IMG/VR virus record: IMGVR_UViG_3300010348_001764
DNA from: an uncultured virus (IMG/VR IMGVR_UViG_3300010348_001764)
Taxonomy: Duplodnaviria; Heunggongvirae; Uroviricota; Caudoviricetes
Direction: 5' to 3' (one strand)
Length of the DNA stretch: 33,013 bases
Made by a program: the position numbers and the translations under genes. Every line of letters begins with the position of its first letter. The stretch's first letter is position 1. The notes under the pieces were generated by a model. It was given only the letters and a program-made list of their open reading frames with translations, was not told the DNA's origin and did not search any database. This document shows positions 22,781 to 31,367 of this stretch, piece after piece.

Positions 22781-24391
22781 TTACGTGAGCGCCTTCGAGT
22801 AGGCCGCGCAGTCGTTGACGCGGTTCGTCCAGCCGCGTCCGTAGGTGGCGAAGCCGGCGGTGCCCTTCAAGTAGGCGATCCGAGCCGCCGCAAGGGCATC
22901 CACTGCCGCGAGAGCAGCCGCTCCTGTCTCTGTGCCTGTCACGCCGGCAGCGGTCATGATCCGCGCCGCGCCTCCTGCCCCAACCAGGTACTTCGTGTCG
23001 AACATGAACACGGCGATCTGCAGCGTCATCGCGCTGCAGTCAGGGTTTCCAAGCCAGTACGAGTTGTAGCCTGTCGAGCGGGCCGTCGCGTAGTCCATCG
23101 TGTGGATGTCCACGTTTGGGTTGAAGCGCTGCGCCACGCCGAACTTGGTCGTGCTGCCGAAGTTCTTCGGGTACTCCACGTAGCCAACGCGCTGGCGCTG
23201 GTCAGACGTGGCGATCAGCCCAGCCGCCACCTCGCTGTCGGATGGTGAGCGCGCCGGCGTCGTCATCCACTGCGCGTTGACCTCATGCAGCATGGTGAAG
23301 TACCAAGCCTTCTCGAATGGGTCATCACCAACTGACGGCGGAACAGTCACCACTGGAGGTGGTGCTGCTGGTGGTAGACCAGCTGGGTAGTCGGGACCGA
23401 AGGCAGCGCAGGACGTGCGCGCCTGCACCTGAGCGGGTGTGATGTACCGATCGCCGTTGACCGTGGTCGTGCCTGAGCCATCTGGCTGGTTGGATGACGT
23501 CACGCCGTTCGCCACCTGCACGGCGCCCTTCAGGTACGGTGTCGGGTCAACCCGCGTGCCGTTGGGAAGGCGCACCTCAAAGTGCAGGTGTGGACCAGAG
23601 CCGATGCCGGTGTTGCCCTCTCGACCAAGCGCCTGGCCACCCACCACCTTCTGACCGACCTTCACGTAGATCGAGTTCAGGTGGGCGTAGCACGTGGTAA
23701 TGAGGTGCTGGCCAGCCGCATTGACGTGCTTCACGAGCACGTAGTTGCCGTAGCCGGTGCCAGGCCGAGCAAGCACTACCTCACCGTCGTAGGCGCACTT
23801 CACGTCCTCGAGGTGGCGGTCGGCGTACGCGAAGTCGAGCGCGAGGTGCATGGATGACGCACCGCTGGCCGGCGGCTTGCGTTGCCCAAAGCCTGACGTC
23901 ACGATGGACCCAGGAAGTGGGTGCTGCAGCTGAATGGTGTCGGAGCCTGAGCCACCGCCTGGAGAGAAGTCGTAGGTGCGGTCGTCAATCAGAACGTTGG
24001 AGCTGTCGTAGGCCTGAACGCGCAGCGTCAGCTTCTTGCCCTCGTACGAGGCGTCAAACGTTCCTGACATGAGACCAGTGCTGGTGCTCATCGTCACGCC
24101 GGTGAAGGAGGCGGGCGTGAAGGCCCAGTGGTCAGCGACCACCCCGCCTGTGAGACCAAACTGGAGGTTGATCAGGCGGCTCGGAGGGGTGACGATGGAG
24201 GTGACGTTGATCTTGCCTGGCACCACCTCGGTCTTGTCATCCACCTGACCCGTTTCAGAGGTGTTTCCCTTGCGCGCCGCAAAGCAGTCCTCGCTCTCAC
24301 CAGGCAGGCGCTGGATCTCGGGACCGACGGTCGGCTCATCAGGGCTGATGTCAACGACCGTGATCTGGGGTGCGGGTGGGCAGCAGCTCAT
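22781..24391 (-). CDS. Multidomain peptidoglycan hydrolase: Ig-like, M23 peptidase and GH108-like/PG-binding domains
   Basis: M23 motifs HLALD, GYGNYV, YAHL and GPHLHFEVR; C-terminal TKFGV...YW...FD...GRGWTNRV pattern of GH108 plus PG_binding_3. Confidence 0.82.
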   Translation of the reverse strand: MSCCPPAPQITVVDISPDEPTVGPEIQRLPGESEDCFAARKGNTSETGQVDDKTEVVPGKINVTSIVTPPSRLINLQFGLTGGVVADHWAFTPASFTGVTMSTSTGLMSGTFDASYEGKKLTLRVQAYDSSNVLIDDRTYDFSPGGGSGSDTIQLQHPLPGSIVTSGFGQRKPPASGASSMHLALDFAYADRHLEDVKCAYDGEVVLARPGTGYGNYVLVKHVNAAGQHLITTCYAHLNSIYVKVGQKVVGGQALGREGNTGIGSGPHLHFEVRLPNGTRVDPTPYLKGAVQVANGVTSSNQPDGSGTTTVNGDRYITPAQVQARTSCAAFGPDYPAGLPPAAPPPVVTVPPSVGDDPFEKAWYFTMLHEVNAQWMTTPARSPSDSEVAAGLIATSDQRQRVGYVEYPKNFGSTTKFGVAQRFNPNVDIHTMDYATARSTGYNSYWLGNPDCSAMTLQIAVFMFDTKYLVGAGGAARIMTAAGVTGTETGAAALAAVDALAAARIAYLKGTAGFATYGRGWTNRVNDCAAYSKALT

Positions 24392-24981
24392 TTGTGGTCA
24401 ACGATGATGTACTTGCCGTTGTTCTTCGGGCTTGGCATCAGGGTGAGGTTCTCGTCGTCCTCTGGCGTGAAGGCGTAGGCGGGATACGAGCGACCTTTCG
24501 AGGTCAGCACCTTCAGCATGAAGGCAGTGCCCTTCACCTGCTCGACCTTACCTACCTGCCACGAGCTGCTTCCAGGAAGGTGCGCGCTAAAGATCACCTC
24601 AGTGCCCTTGTCCAGCAGCGTCGCAACCATGTCCCAGATAAAGGGGCGACCAGGGTTTACTGCCTCATCGACCTTCTTGATGTTCTCGACCCAGTAGAAG
24701 TCGCTCACCTTGTCCTTCACCAGCGTAAGCCGCTCATCGTCATCAGGGTAGATGCCAAGAATGTAGTAGGTGCGCGATGCATAAACCTGAACCTTATGCT
24801 GTTCAGGCTCGATCTTCATGATCTCACCCGTGAGGTGCATCATCTTTGGGGTCTGATCGCCGCTGCCATTTGCCCAGATGACGTCAGCGTCAATCGAGAC
24901 GCGCTTGCCCTTCTCTCGCTGCTTGAGCGCTAGCTCCCAGACGAGCGGTAGGCCACGATCGACAACCTCATGCAGCTTCAC
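24388..24981 (-). CDS. Two-repeat protein, probably head-internal (197 aa)
   Basis: MKLHE start; two homologous halves separated by VDE-A. Confidence 0.7.
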   Translation of the reverse strand: MKLHEVVDRGLPLVWELALKQREKGKRVSIDADVIWANGSGDQTPKMMHLTGEIMKIEPEQHKVQVYASRTYYILGIYPDDDERLTLVKDKVSDFYWVENIKKVDEAVNPGRPFIWDMVATLLDKGTEVIFSAHLPGSSSWQVGKVEQVKGTAFMLKVLTSKGRSYPAYAFTPEDDENLTLMPSPKNNGKYIIVDHK

Positions 24982-25229
24982 TTGCAGGCCTTGAGAGCGA
25001 TGCGCAGCTCGTTCTCATAGGCGTTCGCGAGCTCACGGTCGCCCATCAGGTCACGAGTGGCGCTGAAGATGTCATCGTATGGAGGAGCAAAGTGGTAGGC
25101 TGGAGCAGCTGGCTCCTCCACCTTGCAGGGCACCGGCACCGGCACCTTGACTTCCTTGATGGTCACACCGCCGTCGGTGGCGCACGCGCTGAGCAGCACT
25201 AGTACGAAGGTAGCGAGAGCGAGCTTCAC
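24978..25229 (-). CDS. o-spanin (Rz1-like outer-membrane lipoprotein)
   Basis: GGAGG SD and GTG 25229; MKLALATFVLVLLSA-C lipobox; VKVPVPVPC Pro-rich segment. Confidence 0.85.
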   Translation of the reverse strand: MKLALATFVLVLLSACATDGGVTIKEVKVPVPVPCKVEEPAAPAYHFAPPYDDIFSATRDLMGDRELANAYENELRIALKACK

Positions 25230-25588
25230 TTTGCACCTCCATTCACCAGGTCGAGGGCCGACTTGCACAGGTTGCTTGGGTCACTTGGCTTGGCCTTGAA
25301 GATGGTGCCTGCCTTCTTCTTGGCAGCGGCGGTGTCGGCGCGTGCCTTCACAAGCGCGGCTTCAGCTGCTGCGAGGCGAGCATCGGCGTCCTTCTTGAGG
25401 CTGTCGATGGCTGCGTTCTGCGTGTCGATGGCGGTGCTCAGCTGGCGAATGCTGGCTTCCTTGACCGCGACCTCCTGACGAAGGTCAGCCACCTGGCCCT
25501 GCAGGTGCTTCACGTACCAGAAGGCACCAAGCAGGGCGGCGACAATGAGGCCAACACCGATGAGGCGTGCGTAGAGACCTGTGATCAT
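25226..25588 (-). CDS. i-spanin (Rz-like)
   Basis: N-terminal TM helix, Ala-rich coiled coil and a C-terminal Cys; overlaps the lipoprotein gene (GTGA). Confidence 0.82.
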   Translation of the reverse strand: MITGLYARLIGVGLIVAALLGAFWYVKHLQGQVADLRQEVAVKEASIRQLSTAIDTQNAAIDSLKKDADARLAAAEAALVKARADTAAAKKKAGTIFKAKPSDPSNLCKSALDLVNGGAK

Positions 25589-25609
25589 ATGTGTATGTTC
25601 CTCTAGTGG

Positions 25610-27778
25610 TTACTGCTTGGCAGCGATCAGCGCTTCAGATCCAGAGATCGTGCTGAAACTACCCGAGGCAAGCAGCACGCCGTTCTTGTAGAACGATGGG
25701 GTCGTCCAACCACCAGTCATCACGACGCCGATTACGTCACCATCAACCGCGGCAGCCACGTTGACAATTGATGTACCCTGTCCTTGGCCTAGGCCAAATG
25801 AAATGTAGCCAGACTTGTGGTAGAACGCGGATGTTTCTTGGGCGAGTGCGCTACCCATGAAAACCTCTGGGTCGAATGGATTGTTGCCCTCATCACACGA
25901 GTAGATGCCTACGGCATCAACGTTGCCGCCAATGATGAACTCACAGGCAAAGGTACCGTACGTGCTGTACAGATCATTACCACTCTGACTCGAACCGGTG
26001 CCATTGAACTTGATGTACTTCTGGTTGTACACAGTCACATTGGCACCGTAGATGAATGCAATGTTGATCGGCGTTGCCACCAGATCATCAACGGCGTTGA
26101 CGCCATAGCTGTACTGGAGATTCGCGCAACGCAGGCCGAGTGCAAGGTATGGAGTGCTTGCGGTTTCGGCACCACCAGTGGCAAGATAAGCTGCGCTGAT
26201 GAAGCCGTCAGATGCCGTAGAAGCATTCCAGCTCTTAAACACGACGCGGGCAAACTCAATTGCCGTGCAGCTGCCTGCCGTGATGCGACCGAGGAACGTT
26301 GAGCCACTTGGTACACCAGCGAAGGTGCTGTTGTTGCGCAGGTAGACATCAACGCCGGTGGTGTCCATGACGAGCCACATGCGGTATTCAGTCGAAGGTG
26401 AGAGCGCGTTGGCACCAAGGTTGTAGGTTTGCGACGTGGCAGTGCTCTGTGTAGCGATGTCAACCTTGACGCTGTCGACGCCGTCTGGGTCGTGCTTCAT
26501 GGTCATCGTCACGTAGTACGTACCACCAGAGCTCTGAACGCTGTAGGAGATCTGTGCTGGAACGCCCGTGTCACCTGAGCCAGGTGTGCCGCGCAACGAC
26601 ATCAGCTGTGACGTGTACGGCGTATGCGTTTCAGTGGCAGTGAAGTTGAGGATCGACTCAGAGTACGTTGCCTCAGTTGCCAGCACCAGCAGACCAGTTT
26701 GAACCTCGTGCGCAAAGTCAACGCCGTTGCTGACGTAGCTTGAGCCGCTTGGCGCCAGGTTCGCAGTGTGACCAGTCACTGAACCGGTTGTATCGCTGAA
26801 CTCATCGCGGAAGATCGTGAAGCCAAGACCGCTCGACTTGCCAGTCGAGGTGAGGTTTGGCCAGCCGCCAGCGTAGTCAACGCTGATCAGCGATGGATCG
26901 TTTGCGCCGTTGTAGCCATCAAGACCGATGTAGTTGAACGTTCCACCAGCACCGCTTGGAAGCGTGCCAGAACCTGCAGCCACGCCGTCAATGAACAGTG
27001 AGTACGTCTGCGAGCTGTTGCTGACCTCAACGCGAGCCGTGAAGTAGTCATCAACCGGCAGATCGCCAATGTTCACTGGACCAAACGAGTTGGTAGCAGT
27101 GGCATCACCGCCTTCAAATGCGATGGTGCCATTGCCGTTTCCATCACCTGCTGTGGTGAGCTGCAGCTGGAAGTAGTTTGCGGTATCGGGCATGTTTGCC
27201 ACGATCAGGCGGGCGGTGTTGTCGTTGCCACCACCAGTCACCTTCGCGAACTTCATGCGCGTCTCAAACGAGAAGTCAGACGTCTGCGCAGGGGTCGGCA
27301 CGTACGTCTGATCGCTGCCCGTGTTCGCGATAAAGCTGGCAAGGCCAACTGAACCGTCGTTCATCGTGAAGCTGTAGGCATTGTAGCCAAGGCCACCGTC
27401 AATCACCCATCCCTCACCGGTGTTGGCAAGGTGATAGGCAAGCGAGGTGCCGCTGCGGTCACTGAACGTGTCGAGGAACCATGGCTGCGGAGCCGGCGCA
27501 CCAGTGTCAACGTTACCGATGGAGGTATCGCCAGCGTATGCGTATGGAGCAAGCAGGCGAATTACCCGAGCTGTACCAGCGCGTGGAGTTGACCACGTGA
27601 TGGTCGTCGTCAGAAAGTCAGGTGAGTGGTAGATGCGGAGTGGAAGCATCTTCTGACCACCAACGTTGGTCACCTCGCAGATTGGAGGCAGACCGTAGTT
27701 GTGGTTGATGATCCACGTGTTGGACGGCGTCGACTGAACGAAGTCGCCGGCTGGAAGACCTGCGTAGTGAAGAGCCAT
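25610..27778 (-). CDS. Tail fibre / receptor-binding-like protein (722 aa; ATG 27778)
   Basis: N-terminal WIINHNYG module, then G/S/T-rich beta domains starting FLDTFSD and FRDEFSD (lectin/LamG-like), and a SPRY-like end (GDVIGV...FYKNG). Confidence 0.65.
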   Translation of the reverse strand: MALHYAGLPAGDFVQSTPSNTWIINHNYGLPPICEVTNVGGQKMLPLRIYHSPDFLTTTITWSTPRAGTARVIRLLAPYAYAGDTSIGNVDTGAPAPQPWFLDTFSDRSGTSLAYHLANTGEGWVIDGGLGYNAYSFTMNDGSVGLASFIANTGSDQTYVPTPAQTSDFSFETRMKFAKVTGGGNDNTARLIVANMPDTANYFQLQLTTAGDGNGNGTIAFEGGDATATNSFGPVNIGDLPVDDYFTARVEVSNSSQTYSLFIDGVAAGSGTLPSGAGGTFNYIGLDGYNGANDPSLISVDYAGGWPNLTSTGKSSGLGFTIFRDEFSDTTGSVTGHTANLAPSGSSYVSNGVDFAHEVQTGLLVLATEATYSESILNFTATETHTPYTSQLMSLRGTPGSGDTGVPAQISYSVQSSGGTYYVTMTMKHDPDGVDSVKVDIATQSTATSQTYNLGANALSPSTEYRMWLVMDTTGVDVYLRNNSTFAGVPSGSTFLGRITAGSCTAIEFARVVFKSWNASTASDGFISAAYLATGGAETASTPYLALGLRCANLQYSYGVNAVDDLVATPINIAFIYGANVTVYNQKYIKFNGTGSSQSGNDLYSTYGTFACEFIIGGNVDAVGIYSCDEGNNPFDPEVFMGSALAQETSAFYHKSGYISFGLGQGQGTSIVNVAAAVDGDVIGVVMTGGWTTPSFYKNGVLLASGSFSTISGSEALIAAKQ

Positions 27779-27780
27779 GT

Positions 27781-28011
27781 TTACACCACCGATGCGTAGC
27801 CAGTACGCGCAGTCGAGAAGGTCACGGTGCACGTGTTGGCGTCGACGTACGTGACGGCAAGCGGCAGGATCCGTTCGATCTCGCTGTTGTTGAGGACAAA
27901 CACGTCCACCACTGGATAGCGACCGAGGTTGTGGACGAGCGTCCACGTCGTATCAGCCGTCGTCTGGTGGTGCGTGAAGTTGGTTGCTACCTGAGGGTTG
28001 AGGCCGGCCAT
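27781..28011 (-). CDS. Single-module fibre-associated protein (76 aa)
   Basis: WTLVHNLGRYPVVDV...TVTFS...GYA; GAGG SD. Confidence 0.75.
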   Translation of the reverse strand: MAGLNPQVATNFTHHQTTADTTWTLVHNLGRYPVVDVFVLNNSEIERILPLAVTYVDANTCTVTFSTARTGYASVV

Positions 28012-28021
28012 GTGAGCCTCC

Positions 28022-28624
28022 TTAGATCAGGCGAGCGTAACCGACCTGCGCCGTGTTGAACGTGATGGTGGTCGTGTTGTTGCTGTTCGTGTGAGTGATG
28101 GTAGCCGGCTGCACCTCTTGGTTGCCGATGAACACACGCACGATCGGAGCGTAGCCGAGGTTGTGGTTGATGGTCCACGTGGTGTCAGCGCTGCTCTGGT
28201 AGAACGTGTAGGCGTACGTTGGCTTGACGTTGCCGTCGAAGTGACCCGTCAGAACCACGGCGCGGCCCTGAATGGCGGTCGAGAACGTCACCTGCACGCT
28301 GTCTGGGTTGAGCACCTCGACGTTGTCAGGGATGACGGCGCGGTTGTTGGTGTCGTAGACCTGCACGTTGATCGACGTGGTGTTCATGCCGTGGTTGATG
28401 GTCCACGTGGCGCTGTCGGTGTTCTGGCTGTGGGTGTAGGCGGTGATTTCGCGGGTGAGCGGAACCCAAACTGGCAGCGAACCGGCAGTCACGCAGATGT
28501 AGACGATGCTGTTGACGAACGCAACTTGACCCACCTTGGGTGTCGTCGGGAACGTCGTGAGAGTGGAGAGAACGGCGTTCTGGAGCTCGTTCTGCTGGAG
28601 GTTGGCGTCGCCGTAGAACTTCAT
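28022..28624 (-). CDS. Fibre-associated protein with two HNLG modules (200 aa)
   Basis: WTINHGMN and WTINHNLG modules; late promoter upstream. Confidence 0.8.
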   Translation of the reverse strand: MKFYGDANLQQNELQNAVLSTLTTFPTTPKVGQVAFVNSIVYICVTAGSLPVWVPLTREITAYTHSQNTDSATWTINHGMNTTSINVQVYDTNNRAVIPDNVEVLNPDSVQVTFSTAIQGRAVVLTGHFDGNVKPTYAYTFYQSSADTTWTINHNLGYAPIVRVFIGNQEVQPATITHTNSNNTTTITFNTAQVGYARLI

Positions 28625-28660
28625 GGAGGTGGTCCTTTGTGAGGGCAGGGTGTGACGTGC

Positions 28661-28667
28661 CTATTTA
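28661..28667 (-). promoter_or_regulatory. Late promoter TAAATAG (minus strand)
   Basis: CTATTTA on the + strand, directly after a terminator. Confidence 0.75.
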
Positions 28668-28685
28668 CGCGTCCAAGACGCAGGC

Positions 28686-28714
28686 ATAAGAAAGGGCGGC
28701 CGAAGCCGCCCTTC
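28686..28714 (-). terminator. Rho-independent terminator with cUUCGg loop
   Basis: Minus strand reads GAAGGGCGGC-TTCG-GCCGCCCTTT-CTTAT. Confidence 0.85.
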
Positions 28715-28731
28715 AAAGGAGCCTAGTCGGA

Positions 28732-31062
28732 TTAGGCAACACCCATCACAACGACCTTGCCTGCAACTGCGGAGTTGAAGGTGACGGTCAGCTGGTTGGT
28801 GGTGTCGAACGTGATTGACTGTGGGATGATGACTTCGTTGCCGGCGTCAACGATGGTCACGTTGCAGTAACGCTGACCCAGGTTGTGGGTGACCGTCCAG
28901 GTGGTGTCGGTCGAACCTTGGGTGTGGAGGTAGTAGATCTGCTGCGTGTTCCACGTGGTGCCGTTGCCGACGAGAACGCCGTTGTCGGTCGGGGTTGCCG
29001 AGCCAACGTCAGCGAGATCACCGAGGTTGATCGTGCCACCAACGGTAGCTGGCGAAACCGCAACCCAATCTGCAGCGCCAGGACCGCTCTTTTGCAGCAG
29101 GCTGTTTGCGGCGGCGGCGTCAGCGGTCGAGACGTTCGTCAGGTCATCGAGCGAGGCAGCCAGCGACACGGCACCAGCAGTGACCGAGAAGTGAGCTGCA
29201 TCGAACGATGCAACACCCTTCTGCGTAGCATCAGCGTTGATACCAGCAACCGTGATGGTCTGACCAGCAACCGTCGTCTCGATACCTTGAGTCGACGAAC
29301 CAGCGATTTCCAGCGTCTGACCGAGGGCCAGAGTGGTGTTGGTGCCAACGTCAGCGTTCAGCGTGACAGATGGATTTGCCAGCATCGCGTTCGTGACACC
29401 AGCAGCCTTGATGAACAGACCAGCAGCGCCTTGATCCAGACCGCCAGTGGAAGCTGGATCGAGCAGGAGGTGCAGCTTGGAGTTCGTTGCTGGAGCAACA
29501 GCGCGCGAGGTGCCATCGTCCGTGAGGATGATAGCGCCAGTCGAAGTGTCGAACAGGTCGATACCAACTTCGTCAGATGGCAGCTGAGCGATACCAGCAC
29601 CGAGGTTGACGTTGATGGTGTTGCCGGAGTTCGACAGACCAACGCCCCACGTGTACAGAGCGCCGCCAGTGAACTGCGAGAACACAACTGGGTCAGTGCC
29701 AACTGTTGCGACCGTTGCGGTTTCCGTCCAGCCAGAACCCTGGTTGGCAGTACCTTCTTGGACGAACACAGCAGCGCCATCGAACTCGGCAGCAGCGTTC
29801 ATGTCAGCAGCACGTGCTGGCGAAGCGCCAACAACGTAGATGCCGTTCTCTGCTGGAGCGGATTGGTCCTTGACCAGGACGCGATCGCCATCAGCCAGCG
29901 TCACGCCGTCGATCACGTCGCCGGAGTTCAGGGCCGTTGCGATGGTGATGTTGCCAGTAGTTGCAACGCGAACTGCTTGCTTCCACGACAGACCGGCGGT
30001 GATCGCATCAACGTAGGCCTTGTTGGCTGCATCGGTGTCAGCAACTGGAGCTGGCAGGCCGGTGACGGTGCCAGTGCCGGAGAACACGAGCGAAGCGTTG
30101 GTGCTCATCGTGTCGCCCGCGACGTTCACGTACGTTGCGTTAACCAGGGCGGTGATGTCAGCAGCGACAACTGGAGTGTTACCAGTGACGCGACCGAACG
30201 TGTCGAGCGTGACCTTGACGAAGTCGCCAGTGCCAGCTTGCGTCACGGTTGCCAGGTTGATCGAAGTGTCAGAAGTGACGCCAGAACCGTTGGTCACAAC
30301 GACGTTGCCGGCCGTACCAGCGATGGAACGCGTGGTAGCGGTGCCATCGCCGGTGCGAACAACGTAGCCAGTCGTGGTCAGGCCTTCGAGGGCAGCCAGG
30401 TCGTTAGCGAGAGCGAACGTTGGGTTGCCAGAAACGCCGTCAGCGTTGGTGATGGTGATGCCGGCACCTGGCTGAACCAGCGAGCGGTTGGCGAACACAC
30501 CGTCGGCAGTCTCAACGACGATGCCGGTGCCAGCGAGGGCAGCCAGATTGTCAAGGCCAGCGTCCCAAGCCTGAACGCCAGAACCCGAACCGATCGTGGT
30601 GTTTTCCCACTTCGACAGGGTGCTGTTGTACTGCAGGAGCTGGTTGTCAGCCGGTGCCGAGATGGCAACGTCGAACAGTTCAGCCAGCGCGTCCTTGCCA
30701 GAGATGGCAGCGTCGAGCTGAGACAGCACGTTGGTGATGCTGGTCGGCGAGGTGACCTTCGTGAAACCAGAGAAGGCCGATGCCTGGAAGACACCCGACG
30801 TGTTGACAGCGGCGCCGATGGAGGTCTCGAGGGCATCAACTTCAACTTGCAGCGAAGCAGCGTTGCCGCCAGTAGCAACTGCCACCCAGTTACCGGCACC
30901 ATCTGAACCGTAGTAGAGGGCGTTGGTCGAAGTGAGGTAGATCACGCGACCGTTGTCGGCGCCAGCCGAGTAGGTCGGCAGCGAGGTGACCTTCTGAATG
31001 CGAAGGTTCTGGATTTCTGACGCGGATGATGCGTCAAATACCAGTGAGCCATTGATCTTCAT
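28732..31062 (-). CDS. Long tail/head fibre-like structural protein (776 aa)
   Basis: Typical fibre motifs DAANKAYVD, VRVATTGNI...DGVTLADGDRVLVKDQ..AENGIY, VTLDTFGRVT, ATQKGVASF and LDDLTNV; C-terminal HNLG module. Confidence 0.8.
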   Translation of the reverse strand: MKINGSLVFDASSASEIQNLRIQKVTSLPTYSAGADNGRVIYLTSTNALYYGSDGAGNWVAVATGGNAASLQVEVDALETSIGAAVNTSGVFQASAFSGFTKVTSPTSITNVLSQLDAAISGKDALAELFDVAISAPADNQLLQYNSTLSKWENTTIGSGSGVQAWDAGLDNLAALAGTGIVVETADGVFANRSLVQPGAGITITNADGVSGNPTFALANDLAALEGLTTTGYVVRTGDGTATTRSIAGTAGNVVVTNGSGVTSDTSINLATVTQAGTGDFVKVTLDTFGRVTGNTPVVAADITALVNATYVNVAGDTMSTNASLVFSGTGTVTGLPAPVADTDAANKAYVDAITAGLSWKQAVRVATTGNITIATALNSGDVIDGVTLADGDRVLVKDQSAPAENGIYVVGASPARAADMNAAAEFDGAAVFVQEGTANQGSGWTETATVATVGTDPVVFSQFTGGALYTWGVGLSNSGNTINVNLGAGIAQLPSDEVGIDLFDTSTGAIILTDDGTSRAVAPATNSKLHLLLDPASTGGLDQGAAGLFIKAAGVTNAMLANPSVTLNADVGTNTTLALGQTLEIAGSSTQGIETTVAGQTITVAGINADATQKGVASFDAAHFSVTAGAVSLAASLDDLTNVSTADAAAANSLLQKSGPGAADWVAVSPATVGGTINLGDLADVGSATPTDNGVLVGNGTTWNTQQIYYLHTQGSTDTTWTVTHNLGQRYCNVTIVDAGNEVIIPQSITFDTTNQLTVTFNSAVAGKVVVMGVA

Positions 31063-31091
31063 GGGTGAGTGCTCCTAGGGTGGCAGTGTAG

Positions 31092-31319
31092 TTAGGTGAT
31101 CCGCCTGGTGGCGGTGGTCAGGGCCTTGATGGCATTGTTGAAGGCAACTGGCTCCACCAAGCTCTTGCCGAGATCAAACTCGGTAAGCATGGCTTCGTCT
31201 ACGTCTGAAAAGCAGAAGATGCCTCGGTTTCCCTGCTTCTCGATCTTATCGAGCTTCACGCCCTTGACGCGGAGAACCGCTGCAAGAACAATGTCACTCG
31301 TGTCGATGTTGCGCGCCAT
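31092..31319 (-). CDS. Small DUF5659-like protein
   Basis: TSDIVLAAVL...G..L.KIEK.GNRGIFCF pattern; SD and late promoter upstream. Confidence 0.65.
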   Translation of the reverse strand: MARNIDTSDIVLAAVLRVKGVKLDKIEKQGNRGIFCFSDVDEAMLTEFDLGKSLVEPVAFNNAIKALTTATRRIT

Positions 31320-31350
31320 CTATGGGTCCTTGGCTGATCTGGTTACGGTC

Positions 31351-31357
31351 CTATTTA
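31351..31357 (-). promoter_or_regulatory. Late promoter TAAATAG (minus strand)
   Basis: CTATTTA on the + strand, in the intergenic gap. Confidence 0.75.
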
Positions 31358-31367
31358 GCGGACGTCA

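Noticed and set aside
27779..27946. N-terminal extension of the 778-aa ORF
   Set aside because: Overlaps the 76-aa gene in another frame; ATG 27778 directly follows that gene's stop
28885..30906. 673-aa + strand ORF and other long antisense ORFs (e.g. 2416-3558, 11186-12355, 13204-14571)
   Set aside because: Shadow frames of GC-rich genes, with low-complexity translations and no motifs or start signals
25610..31062. Diversity-generating retroelement acting on the fibre genes
   Set aside because: No reverse transcriptase, and no template/variable repeat pair differing at adenines was seen in this window
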